A stretch of DNA of 63,707 bases, filler included, from Olpidium bornovanus S191 (lineage: Eukaryota; Fungi; Olpidiomycota): NCBI GenBank assembly GCA_017911155.1. It is 34 parts of 34 records of this genome, joined end to end, with 100 filler letters (N's around TTAATTAATTAA, not from the genome) between each part and the next. Parts side by side here need not be neighbours in the genome. Positions count along the whole stretch, not along the records: positions 36,331 to 37,522 come from JAEFCI010000206.1; positions 37,623 to 39,291 come from JAEFCI010005859.1; positions 39,392 to 40,746 come from JAEFCI010011434.1; positions 40,847 to 42,668 come from JAEFCI010009280.1; positions 42,769 to 44,543 come from JAEFCI010006265.1; positions 44,644 to 46,854 come from JAEFCI010002214.1; positions 46,955 to 48,057 come from JAEFCI010004323.1; 27 more parts are not named here. One strand, 5' to 3'. The notes beneath the pieces were generated by a model, which was not told the DNA's origin, searched no databases, and saw only the letters and a program-made list of their open reading frames with translations. Below, in pieces: positions 36,331 to 48,157 of the stretch (the first letter of the stretch is position 1; each line of letters starts with the position of its first letter). Position numbers and translations under genes: made by a program.

Positions 36331-36500
36331 CAGGAGGGGTCCGATGCAACGCCTGACGTATCCCGCCTTGACGCCTCTGTGACCAGTCCGGTCTCATTTG
36401 ACGACAAGGTTGACGCTTCCATTCAAGCGAATGCAAATGTTCTCATCGAGGTTGCCGATGGTGACAAGATTCCAGCCACTGCAGGCGGCACTATGTTTTT
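36331..36500 (+). mobile_element. Possible copia protease-region remnant
   Basis: IEVADGDKIPATAGGT resembles the IxVAxGxxIxAxGxG segment that follows the copia protease motif. Weak evidence. Confidence 0.3.
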
Positions 36501-36919
36501 CGACTCCTCATGGGAAAATTGCTTTGGAAAACACATTGAGTGTTCCATCCTTTACATCCTCTTTGTTTTCTGTCGCCCGCGCCTGCGACCACAATGTCAC
36601 AGCGGACGTTTCTCCTTTTCTCGACTGACGGGCGGGACCGCAAACCAAAGAAAACCCTGGCGGGCTTCCGTCTTCCCCCCCCCCCCTCCCGCTCGACCGG
36701 CGCCTGCCCGAGCACTCTCGACTGAACCTTCCCCGGGGCGTTCGGGAAGGAAGGCAGCGGGAAACGCTTTTTTCGCGCGTGCCGTTTTTTGCTCTGTCGC
36801 CCCGGCGCGGAAGAGGAGCGCCGCGTCATCAGACAAATTTTCTCCGCGCTGCCCAGCTAGATGGACCCGCCCGGGGAAAGCCGGGGTCGGTCGCCCTGGC
36901 CCCCCTAGGAACAGAGAGG

Positions 36920-37522
36920 ATGGCGACTAACCCGCAAGCTGCGGTGCCAAAGCCCCCGCCTCCGCTTCTGCGAAGCGGATCGTTTTCGTCGTCTTTGTCG
37001 TCGTCGTCGTCAGCTCGTCCCGCGGGCTCCGGCGATCCTCCGTCAGACGCGGAAACGCGCCCCGACGTCTCGCGGCGGAGTGGCGGAAGCAGCGGGCACG
37101 CGGGCTAGGAGAGTCGGCCGACGTTCCGGCGGAGAAGCGGAAGCCGCCGCGGGCAGCAACTCCGCCGGGCGGCGGCGGCGCCCGCGCCCGCGCCGTGCCC
37201 CTCCTCCGCCCCCCAGAATTACGCGACGGTCGCGTTCCTCCTTGGCGCCGTTTTCGGCGCGTGCTCCGCCCTGGCCGCCGGCAGGGCGCTGGGCGGCGCC
37301 GGGGCCGCGGCGCCGACGACGGACCACATCTACATATTCGGCGCGGCGCTGGCGGTCTTCCACTTCCTCGAGTTCCTGTGCACCGCCCTGTTCAACGGGC
37401 ACAAGCTACGGCTCTCTTGTGGGTCCTACGGCCTGCATCGCTGCCCTCCCGCGAGATTCCCGGTCGGCTCCCGCGGTTCTCACCGCTCGCGGTCCGGCGA
37501 ATTCCAGCTTTTCTGCTCGACC
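36920..37522 (+). CDS. STE14: Isoprenylcysteine carboxyl methyltransferase, 5' part
   Basis: NYATVAFLLGAVFG..AVFHFLEFLCTALFNGHKLRLS/SFLLD matches ICMT FHxxEFxxTA..SFLLN. First exon boundaries unresolved. Confidence 0.85.
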
Positions 37523-37659
37523 NNNNNNNNNNNNNNNNNNNNNNNNNNNNNNNNNNNNNNNNNNNNTTAATTAATTAANNNNNNNNNNNNNNNNNNNNNN
37601 NNNNNNNNNNNNNNNNNNNNNNCGCGCGGCGGAATGGGCAACGAGAGAAATAACACACA

Positions 37660-37774
37660 TTCGGGTCAATATTTTCTTGCTGCATCAAGCAGGCTTGTTC
37701 CTCTTCGCCTCTCACCTTCGGGTCAATAATTTCTTTCTGCATGGAGCTGCCAGGCTTGTTCCTCTTCGCCTCTC
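37660..37774. repeat. Imperfect tandem duplication, ~57 bp x2
   Basis: TTCGGGTCAATA..CAGGCTTGTTCCTCTTCGCCTCTC starts at 37660 and again at 37717. Confidence 0.9.
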
Positions 37775-37849
37775 TGTCATCAAAGCAAGGTTATTTGAAG
37801 ACAAATAAGAATAAAATAATAAAAAACATCGCCAAAGCCAGGACATCCA

Positions 37850-38690
37850 CCTGAATCTGTCGGGGGTCAATGGCCTCTTGAGATCGCTTGCTAGATCAAC
37901 ACTAGCATCAAAGTAGATTTTCTTGCATTTGACACCAGCTTCCACCGCGTTTCGTAAATCCTTTTGTTTAAGGACGTCGATCTCCGCCGAAACGGCCGCC
38001 ATTGCCGCAGCCGCCTGTTCTGCGCGTTGTTTGTCCCACTGGAGAACCAGATCACGCCAGAGTTTGGACTCTTCCTCACTTCTCGGCTGAAGTCATCGAT
38101 GCGAGAAAAGCCGAAGAGAAATTGGTGTCAGCCATATTTCCTGAGTTCTAAAAAGTCGGCCGCATAAATTGAGGCTGTGGAACAGGCTTTGCACCACAAA
38201 ATCAACCGCAGTCGATCATGAAATGGGATACCGTCAACCGCAGTCAACGGGCCTCCGTGGACCCCAGGTAGGAGCTCAAGAATCCGAAAAGTCCATCGTC
38301 GCCCCTCCCAGCATACTCAGGGAATCCCGGAAACCGCAGTCCCCGTTTTACAAACCCCACCGAACCTCGGTCCGTAAAGTGAGATCCTGGCCCCCTAGTG
38401 CAGCGGCAGCCAAAAACGAAGCGAAGGAGAGACGGAGGGCTATACTCGCCTTAAAGTTCTCCAAAAGTTTCTTTGCGACGCAGGACTGATGCTTCGACAG
38501 GTGCGTGGCAAACGCGTTGTTGACAGCAGCCCGAGAGGCTATGTGATCACCGGGAGGAAGTGAACCACAAACATGCCGGGCGAATGTCTCGTATACCCAG
38601 TACTTTGGTGCTGTACTGTCAAAGTAATCGACCGCGGCTTCGCGAACAAGCCGGTACTTGACTGACCCCATGTTGGAAAAGCACTCCTTC
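37850..38690 (-). pseudogene. Unassigned, interrupted reading frames of a probably multicopy orphan gene
   Basis: MGSVKYRLVREAAVDYFDSTAPKYWVYETF.. and EESKLWRDLVLQWDKQR..KRPLTPD are protein-like, but separated by stops or unresolved introns. Confidence 0.35.
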
Positions 38691-38841
38691 AGCAGGCGCG
38701 CAACGCGGGCCACCCGCAGCCGCAAACCAAAGACCCTAAAGAAGAGAGAAAGCGAAGAGAAGAGAGAGAGTGTGAGAGGGGGAGAGAGAGAGAGAGCGAC
38801 AGAAAGAGAGAGAGAGGGAAAGCGACAGAGAGAGAAAGGGC

Positions 38842-38874
<33 letters not shown>

Positions 38875-39675
38875 TAGGGGCAGAGTGGGACCGTCGAAAT
38901 GCGCTCCCAGAACGCGTCATCCGCTTACCCCAACGAACGGACAGTGTGCTTGCTGGAGAGTTCCCCGGGCGGTGGGGAAGGTCGTAGAACCCGGTTCAGC
39001 GCGACCCTGCATGTGACTAAACAGTCACGTGACATGGTACTGGAAATTTTGAAGGGCCCGAGAGCTGTGACACACCACTTTTAAATGCATGTTTTGTTAA
39101 AGTCACATCCACAGTTTGCATAGAAGCAAATACCGGCAACAGGGTGGCAACGTCGCCAGCATCCTCATCTCGCCCGCCAATGACGCGGCCATTGGACATA
39201 CCTCTGCCCTCAGCCAACTTCCGGGGATTGTTCTGAACACTGGACACGATTGCCACTGAGATCCGCATAGGTGTGAGAGGCCACATTGGTANNNNNNNNN
39301 NNNNNNNNNNNNNNNNNNNNNNNNNNNNNNNNNNNTTAATTAATTAANNNNNNNNNNNNNNNNNNNNNNNNNNNNNNNNNNNNNNNNNNNNCACTTCGAA
39401 TTGCGCGTCGGTACGGCGTTTGCGCTCTTTTTTTTTCCGACTCGGATGGAAGGACCGGCTTCCACAAATTTCACCGGAGATGGTGCGAGACACCCTCCGT
39501 GACATCCCATGCCCCCGATGTCAGCTGCGCGAAAAGGAGCAGGCCAGTTAGCCGGGTCGCCCTCCGTTCATTCCCCCCCCCCCCCCCCCCCCCCCCCCAC
39601 ACCGCGTTGCCGCACGTTTGCGATTTGCTGAGAGGCGACGACGTCGGAATCGCGCGCGCTCGTGACTCACGCCAG

Positions 39676-40746
39676 ATCGCTCGAGCTTCTCGCGCACCAT
39701 CCCGGGCTAATCGACGAATACATGCGTCACGGCGCTGTCATCAAGGGGTTCAAGTTTTGCTTGGCTGACGGTTCATCCATCGCGAACGTAAGCAGGTCGG
39801 AGGGTCCCACTTCACCGGCCCCGTCTCCCCAACCCCACCCCCGCTCATTTGTGCCGTCGAGGGGCCTTGAAACGTGCCCGGCCTCCCGTCTTTCCAAAAA
39901 AAAAGTTTAGTCTCCTCGACGCGGACCTTGACACGAAGTACGCGCTCGCCGCGGGAGTGCCTCAGCCGGAAGTCGAGCGCGTCCTGGAGCGATACCTGCG
40001 CGAAAAGTACGGCGTCGCGGTCGAGTACGGCGTCGAGTTCGTCTCGGTGGCCACGAGGGACGACGAGGTCGAAGTCGCGGTGCGGGACACGGCGTCCGGC
40101 GCGACGGAGGCGATCCGGGCGTCGTTCCTCATCGCCTGCGACGGCGGGCAATCCCCCGTGCGCCACGCCCTGGGGCTGCAGTTCAAAGGCCACCCCGTGC
40201 CGGCGGTCTTCCTCAACGTTGACGTGCACGTCAGGACGCAGCACCCGGGGTTCGCCCGGGGAGACCAGGCCCTCGCGGTGATAGCGAGGAAACACGGCCT
40301 TTTCATCATCCCCAGCGGCGGCGGCGGCGGCGGCGGCGGCCGCGCGAGGATCGTCGGCCCCGCGGAGGTACCGCCGCCGGGGCGCGGGGTGGCTATCCCG
40401 GCGCCGACGCTGCGCGACGTCCAGGCGATCGCGGATTCCCGGGCGCCGTTCTTGAAGGCGACGCTGCACAGTCCCGTCTGGCTCAGCTACTTCTGCTCGC
40501 AGCAGAGGAAGCTCGAAGAGCACGACTACCGCCCGCACCCCCGAGTTTTCATGGCCGGCGATGCCGCTCACGTGCGTTTTTAGAATCCGATTTATTTTCC
40601 CGGGGCAGGGGGGGGGGGGGGGGGGGGGGGGCGTCATTACGGGACTAAAAAAAATACTCCGCAAAGGTTCACCTTCCGGTGGGCGGATGGGGCATGAACC
40701 TGGGATACCAAGACATCAATAACCTCTGCTGGAAGCTGGCTGTCCA
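39676..40746 (+). CDS. FAD-dependent aromatic monooxygenase (PheA/TfdB-type, FAD_binding_3), internal part
   Basis: [28 protein letters not shown] (DG motif), [35 protein letters not shown] (GD motif). Confidence 0.93.
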
Positions 40747-40846
40747 NNNNNNNNNNNNNNNNNNNNNNNNNNNNNNNNNNNNNNNNNNNNTTAATTAATT
40801 AANNNNNNNNNNNNNNNNNNNNNNNNNNNNNNNNNNNNNNNNNNNN

Positions 40847-41975
40847 CATTCGTGTTGACCCGTTGATCACGGAGCTCATCGCCGGAATCAAGTCAACCGA
40901 GAGCGAGGTCAAAGAGACTGTTTTTAGGGCTCTGGAGTCCGTTTTGAGGAAGGCAGGAAGCGTCATGACAGAAACGACGAAACCGGCCGTCGAAAGAGCC
41001 GTAAACGACGGGTTCATGGACTCGAACGGTACGCGGGAAGCGAGCAACTCCGGCGAAACGGATTGGTCGTCGGGGCCGTTGGTTTCTTTTTTCTTATTTT
41101 TTGACCCCCCAGAATCGGTTCAAAAGGCGTCAGCGAGGTGCCTAGGATCGTACCTTCAGCACGTCAGTGCCAAAGACGCGGCTCCTCTCCTGACGTGAGT
41201 GGCACAAACGGCCGCGCGGGGGGATCAGTTTTTTCGACGCCCGGACGCTCAGACCCCCCCCCCTTCACACCCCCCCGGCAAAAAAAAAAAATAAAATACA
41301 CGGCCAGCACAATCGTTTTCACGCCGTGGCACGCGCTCGCCGCTCAGCAGGAAGCTTCTCTCGTCGCGCTGCAATCGATCCTGGCCGAATCGCCCGACGT
41401 GTTCGCCGAAACGGGCAAGTTGGACGACGTGGTCGAGAAACTGGCCTGGGCGCTGGCCGACCCCGAGGTTCGGCGGCGGGAGCGCAAACGCATTTTTTTT
41501 GTTTATTTTATTTTATTTTATTTTATTTTTTTGCCCGGGGCGGCGAGCCGCGCGCGCGCGCGCGAAACGCGACACCTGAGACGCGTCCTTGTCGGCCGGG
41601 CCCAAAAAAAAAAAAAAAAAAAAAAACACAGCTCTGCAAGCTCGCCGCGGTGTCGGCGGGCCGCGTGCTGCTGTCTCCGGCGTACCGGTCTCCCAAACGC
41701 GTCGCGGAGCTGGTCGAGAAATTATCTGCGTGTCTGAAAGACAAGCACACCGGCCCGGAGGCCAAACGGACTGTTCTCATCGTGCTCAAACAAGTGGCAA
41801 AGAACTCAAACGTACGCTTCTTATCGAACACGGGGGCGGGAAGGGGAGGAGGAGAGGGGGGGGGACTTTTTTTTTCTATCGTGCGCATCGTCGGACGTTC
41901 GCGGTGCCCGACGGGCCATCCTATTAGTTTTTTTTGACTCTGTTCTGTTCGGTCCGGCTCGGTGTTTTTTTTTTT

Positions 41976-42013
<38 letters not shown>

Positions 42014-42509
42014 GTTTTGTTTTTTGGTTTTCGCACGGCAGCTGCTCGTGAGCCACCTCCCAAGCCTGGCGCCGCCGATCCTCGCGCTCGTGCGCGACCG
42101 GAACGTGTCCGTCAAGCTCGCCGGCGAAAGGTGCCTGCTTCACCTGTTCGCCGTCCGGGAAGGGGACGCCGTGTTCCGGGTACGTTCGTCCGCCGGGGAC
42201 GCCAGCACCCACCACCGTCCTTTTTTTTTTACCCCCTTCCTGTTTTCCGTCGTCGATTTCTTACGCTTTCTGACACCCCCATTCCCCCTCCCCTCCCCCT
42301 TCTTCCCCTCTCTTCCCCCCCGCCCCCCCGCACTGCCGGCTTCCGCCAAAAAAAAGGAGTATATGGAGACGCTGGACCCGTCCGCCGCGAAGACGTACGC
42401 CGATTACCACAGGCGCGTGCTGTCCAAGCTGGCGGCCGCCGACGCGGACAGCGACGACGAAGGGCTCGATTCGCTCGCCGAAGGGATCGAAGGCGTCGTT
42501 GTAGACTAG
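40847..42509 (+). CDS. GCN1: eIF2-alpha kinase activator Gcn1, C-terminal HEAT repeats
   Basis: RVDPLITELIAGIK..ETVFRALESVLRKAG..VRDRNVSVKLAGERCLLHLF..YADYHRRVLSKL; stop TAG at 42507-42509. Confidence 0.9.
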
Positions 42510-42535
42510 AGCGCGAACGTCCCCGCGTTATTTTT

Positions 42536-42632
<97 letters not shown>

Positions 42633-42634
42633 AA

Positions 42635-42668
<34 letters not shown>

Positions 42669-42924
42669 NNNNNNNNNNNNNNNNNNNNNNNNNNNNNNNN
42701 NNNNNNNNNNNNTTAATTAATTAANNNNNNNNNNNNNNNNNNNNNNNNNNNNNNNNNNNNNNNNNNNNAGAGTGCTTAAAGAGGTTTGTCTGGCGTATTC
42801 TGTATTTCGCGTTTCATTACGCATATATATCGCGCTTCGTTTGGCACTTCCAGGTGCACCCGGATGCCGGCGTTACCAATAGGACCATGTCAATCATGAA
42901 CTCATTCGTTAACGGCAAGTACAA

Positions 42925-43270
42925 ACTGGACGACAATGGAGTGACCGGCGACCTGGTCTTGATCTCCTGATGCAGGTGTTGACCTCTTGATGGATCGCCG
43001 GCCGGACTAAACGCCTGCTCCGTTTTCCTGATGGCCAGACATGTTTGACCGGATTGTGACAGAGGCGTCCAGGCTCGCAATGTACAACAAACGCGCCACC
43101 CTTAGTTCCCGCGAGATACACTCTGCCGTGAGCATGCCCTTAATATTCCCTTAAGCTTCCTCAGGATCGGCGAACTCGATCGTCGCAATTTTGCTCAACG
43201 TTCGTTTTTTGACAAAAGAAAATAATTTTTGGACGGATGTTTCGTAAATCTTAGGTTCGTCTGATACTTC
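42925..43270 (-). pseudogene. Degenerate tandem-RRM gene remnant
   Basis: [37 protein letters not shown]..(frameshift) GHSIVVQF: RNP-like motifs with a premature stop, no introns. Confidence 0.4.
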
Positions 43271-44133
43271 CAGGGGAGCTCTGCAAACATGCCGTTTCAG
43301 CGGGAACGAAGGCGGTGGTGTTGGCGCTTGCAAAGGACAAGTGAACTAGGGTATTCGAGGTTCTGAGCGCCCGACGTAGTTTCTCTCTGGACGTCTTTCC
43401 CCGCCCTCTCTCGCTCTCGCGGTGAATGTTTTTTTTTTCCGTTCACTGCCTGTTTGCCCGTTTTTTTGTTTTTTTTTTTTTTTTTTTTTTTTTGCTGCCC
43501 ACGTTTTGCTCGATCTACATACTGCCGTATATCAGTGCAGATCATTTTAGTGCTGCAAACACCGAAGTTATATGTTGATTGGGGGGACGTCCTTTTTTTA
43601 AAATGGCAAGTTGCGCCCGACACTTTCTTCATCTAACGCGCGCGCGGATATCGCACTGCCAAACGCATTTCGAAATCGTACGTCGGCCTGTTCGACGTCA
43701 AGCCCGAGGGGAGGGGGGGGGGGGGGGGGGGGCTGAGCCGGCGTTGCGTCGACGAGAAGTCCCTGCACCCGATAACTGGAATCAGAAGCTCGGCGAGGAA
43801 TAAAAAACGCAGGCGGACTTTCCACCGGCGTTTTCCCGCCACCGCGGCGCTCCACCACAAGCGCAAACCCAAACTTACACGAAGTGATCGCTCTAGCCCT
43901 GACCGCAGCTTCCCCCGGCGCGGCCTGCTTTCTTCGCCGTGAGAAAAAGAAACAGGCAAAATTCTACCGATTATATCGCTCACCCGGTTCATTAACGCTG
44001 GATTTTTACAACATTCCTTACCCCCCCTCCTAACCCCCCTCCCTTTCTCTCCTTCCTCCCCCTCCCCCCCAACCCCCCCAGGCAACACAAAGGAAACCCC
44101 GCTCGTCTTTCAGGGGGTGTTGCCTCCGAAACC

Positions 44134-44434
44134 ATGAGGATCGCCGCCATCGCCATCGCTGTCCTCCTCGCGCTTGCGCAGGTAGTGTCTGCTGTCGAAA
44201 CGCCGTAGGAGTCTGTATTTACCAAAGGTGGGGGGCTGCGGTGTCTATGAAGGGACGGAAGGCGAAGGTCACGTGATGGTACAGTACTACAGTACTACGG
44301 GACGACGGTACTCCAACACCCCCCCGCGCTCGATGGCCTCGTCGGCGCAGCGTTTTCTCCGCCTTCCTTCCATCACATCGCCCACATTCCTTCACATCGC
44401 TCTCAATCCTTCACGCGGAGGCCGAGGGCAGTAG
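44134..44434 (+). CDS. Possible small secreted protein (needs a 46-nt intron 44182-44227), or a pseudogene
   Basis: MRIAAIAIAVLLALAQ leader; CAG|GTAGTG..AAG| joins in phase 0 to VGGCGVYEGTEGEGHVMVQYY. Confidence 0.3.
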
Positions 44435-44643
44435 TGTGCGTGACGTGTTTGATCTTGCCCAGGGCTTTAGTAAAGAGATCCGCGGTTTGTTTGTCGGTGG
44501 TGACGTGGTTGAGGGTGATCTCCTTCATTTTGACGCGCTCATGNNNNNNNNNNNNNNNNNNNNNNNNNNNNNNNNNNNNNNNNNNNNTTAATTAATTAAN
44601 NNNNNNNNNNNNNNNNNNNNNNNNNNNNNNNNNNNNNNNNNNN

Positions 44644-44708
<65 letters not shown>

Positions 44709-44813
44709 AAAAAAAATAAAACGCGCGGCGGCCTCAGGCGTCAGCGCGTGCGCGCCATTCCTCCCCCTTCCCCTCCTCTCCCTTCCCCCGGCCCGAAAAA
44801 GAAAAAGAGAAGC

Positions 44814-46506
44814 ATGCCGCCGCCGCCCCCGTCGAGCCGCGACGACGTTCTTTCGTTCCTCGAGTCGCTCGAGAACCCGCCGCAGCCCGCGTCGCCGTCG
44901 TCCGCCGCCGGCGGCGGGCCGGCCGCGGCGCCGTCGAGAGCGCCCGCGGGTGGTAAGCCGTCGCCGACGCGGGCGGGCCCCGTGTCGCCGGGTCGGCGCG
45001 GCGTCGGCGCGCCCGGCGGACCGCCCCCCGCCCTGCACGTGACGTCCACGGACACCCAAGCGGTGCTGGACTTCCTGGACGAGATCGGGGCGTCCACTCC
45101 GGGAGCCGCTTCCGCTTCCGCGGCCTCGGCCTCGCGCGACGCCGCGCCCGAGACGCCTCTGCCCCACAGCGAAGTCGACGTGTCGGCGGCGGCGGACCGC
45201 GCCACCCCCCAGCCCCGCGCCTCGACGTCCCCCACGGCGCCGCGGTTCAACACCGGCAGCCCACGGGCCTCCCACGCCGTCTTCGAAACCTTCCGGGCGG
45301 CGCAGGCGCCCGCTCAGGCTTCTTCGTCTCCTCTTGCCGCGAAACCTCCCGCGGACGCGGCGGGCGCCGGCGCCGGTACGGAAGGGGGGGGCGGCTGGTC
45401 GTGGGGCGGACTCCTCGCAGCCGGCGCCAAGGTGGTGAAGTCCTCGGAGGAAGCGCTGAAGAAGACGTCGGAGGTGGCCTTCAGGAATGTCGCCGCCGAA
45501 AGCGATAAAGTCAGAGGATACGTCAGCTCCGACGCGTTAGGCAAGCTCGGTACGCCCCGCTCGCTTTTGTGCGGTCCGCCCCTTCGCGGTCGTTGGGCCC
45601 GGCCGGTGCGCCGCGTGCTTCCCCTTAATTTCCGTCCGCAATTCTGTCCGAGGTACGCCAGGCGGAGACCTCCGGAAGATGACCATCGATTCGGTTGCCT
45701 CTGTCGTGAACACGATCGCGCCGCCGATCCCGAGCGCACACCTGCGCAACCAGCATCCCGAGAGGCTGGGGTGTTACGTGACCCCGTCGGCGTTTCTTAC
45801 GCCTGGCGACGAAGAATGGATGGACGCGTGCGTCTTCAGGATGTTCCACGCTGCGCTCGAGGAATGCTCCCCGGCAACCAGGCGAAGAATCTGCTACGCG
45901 GACGTCGACGCGCTGCCTGTGGCGCCACCGCGCGAGAGTACAAGGATTGCAGAAGGTCATGACGCCGGGGCGGATGCCGCGAAGGTGCGGCCTTCCCTGC
46001 TGGGTTTTTTTTTTTTTTCTGGCAGCTTATTTCATTTACGGTCGATCAAAACGGCGGCCAAAAAAAGTATGTCTGAATTTCTTCACTGTGTCGGTTCTCA
46101 GGCGTCGTTAGATAGGCTTATGAGGAAGCAGCCGCCGTCGACCGGGCGCGCGGCGAAGGATGGAGAAGAAGAGGTGTCGGGAGGGTCCGCGACCTTCCCC
46201 CGCGTCCGCGAGCTTTACGTTTCCGTGGAAGCCTTCCGGTTCGCGGCGAGAGGAACGCCCGCCTTCACCGCGTACGCCGTCTCGCTGAGCGACCCGGCGC
46301 GCTCGCTGCAGCTTCTGAATTTCTCCCAGGCGACGCCGACCCGTCTGCTGGAACGCCTCGGCGAGACCGAGCGCAGGGATACGGCCGTCGAGAGCGTCGA
46401 GGGTGCGGTGAAGACGATGTGGAGAGAATGGTTTGACGACGTCCTTAAGGCGAGCGCTGCGAGTGAGCAGCAGGAGCAACCGCAAACACAGCAGCAGGCC
46501 AAATAG
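44814..46506 (+). CDS. MTC1: Maintenance of telomere capping protein 1-like (complete, three exons)
   Basis: DDVLSFLESLE N-terminus, WSWGGLL, LGKLGGDLRKMTIDSVASVVNTIAPPI; stop TAG at 46504-46506. Confidence 0.85.
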
Positions 46507-46954
46507 AAGCATAACCCGAGTCCACCCAGCTGGAGGAAGAAAAAATCCTACCTTACCCCCGCCCCCCGCACCCCCCACAACATCAACAAACGGAAACTGG
46601 TCCCGGAACCTCTGCCTGCACTGTGTGTGACGTGCAAAAGTCCCGCTCAGGCAGATTGTTGTGCTCCAGTAAAAGATATGCTACAAATTTTTTTGGCTTA
46701 CAGCGCGGGCGCGCTACGAAAAAAAGGAAGGAACATGGAATATTGATCGTGAAAAGAATGTTTGCCCTGCTTTTGCCTATCGTTTTCTAAAAGTTGCAAA
46801 CAAAAAAGAAGGAAAATGAAAGCTCGGCGCCCACCCCTCCCCAGCCCGGGCGCANNNNNNNNNNNNNNNNNNNNNNNNNNNNNNNNNNNNNNNNNNNNTT
46901 AATTAATTAANNNNNNNNNNNNNNNNNNNNNNNNNNNNNNNNNNNNNNNNNNNN

Positions 46955-47219
46955 AGATTGTGAACGGGCGGACCGACGAGATGGTGGCGGACGCGTTGAC
47001 AAAGGCACTCGCACGCGTGAAGCATGAGCGCCATCAGAAGGACATGGGCCTTTTAGATCGTATCTGCCTATCATAACGTCCAGTTCCCCTTGTGTGTGCG
47101 GGGGGGTGTTGTGTTCCATTGCCCCGTAGTTCACCCACTAGTTGACCTGTATCTCTCCGCCACTTTTCCTTCCCCGCCCCCCCCTCTCGTCCACAATAAA
47201 ACAACGCGGTTCTACAACA
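46955..47219 (+). mobile_element. Copia element A, 3' end: RNase H end (stop at 47076), PPT 47098-47106, 113-bp LTR 47107-47219
   Basis: TDEMVADALTKAL..KHE..MGL; GCGGGGGGG|TGTTG..AATAAA..CAACA. Confidence 0.88.
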
Positions 47220-47950
47220 CGCTCGGCTTGTCCTTGTCCACATTCGTGAAGCGCGTACACCGAGTCGTGGTGGCGCGGTTCTTGGTAGGCAGGAAAGGCA
47301 GCGAAGGCGTTGAAGTTGCTGACGTTGCGTGCCGGGGTGTTGCCAGTGGGCAGGCGCCCCGGAAGATGCTCCTCGGCATGCGCGGACGTCGCGGGTGCCG
47401 TAGGTGCAGTCGTAGAGACGGCGGCTGTCTGCTCTGTCGAGGTTGGAGGCGCCGCAGTCATTGTCGTCCCAAATGAGATCGGGACGGAGGGAACCACGTC
47501 GGAGATCGAAACCTTGGCAAGGTGCTCGGTAATGGCGGCAGCGGCAGGAGCCGAAGCCAGAGCTGCAGCAGAGGAAGCCGCCCTCTGCTTGAAGCCCTTT
47601 GTCTTCAAACGCGTCATTCTCTTGAGGTCAGAGGTCGAGGTCGGCAGCGAAGAGACGCCGCCAGTGACAGGCGCGTTGACATGCCGAATCCGACTGCCTT
47701 TGCTCATTTCTGTGTTCGCAGACGTCGACTTAGTCCTCCTTGGGCTCATAACCTGCCGGAAAACAGGTTCTGGTTGGTATTGGACAGGGTAGCCGACAGG
47801 GAGCAAGGTGTACAGAGAACATGAAGTGCCTATGGTTCCCTTTTACGTGCATTTTATTGTGTGGTGTACGTTACCGTGTGGAGCAGGGGAAAGTGTTGTT
47901 GTTGTAGGTCACGTGACTCAATAGGTGTGCGGGTCGCATGCACTACAACA
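47220..47950 (-). mobile_element. Copia element B, 5' end: LTR 47950-47754, PBS 47753-47742, gag-like ORF from 47749 cut by element A
   Basis: TGTTG..CA|GGTTATGAGCCC; the ORF MSPRRTKS.. runs into the LTR of A. Confidence 0.8.
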
Positions 47951-48057
47951 GGTTGATGATCTTGAAGGTACCCAAGACAAGGAGAGAGGCGTATTCTGCG
48001 GCCATAGCCTTGCGCCATTGATGCACCTCCGGTCTGTTGACTGCCTCGTTGTACGTG
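47951..48057 (-). mobile_element. Copia element C, start of reverse transcriptase, cut by element B
   Basis: TYNEAVNRPEVHQWRKAMAAEYASLLVLGTF matches copia TYxEA..WxxAMxxExxSL..TW. Confidence 0.8.
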
Positions 48058-48157
48058 NNNNNNNNNNNNNNNNNNNNNNNNNNNNNNNNNNNNNNNNNNN
48101 NTTAATTAATTAANNNNNNNNNNNNNNNNNNNNNNNNNNNNNNNNNNNNNNNNNNNN

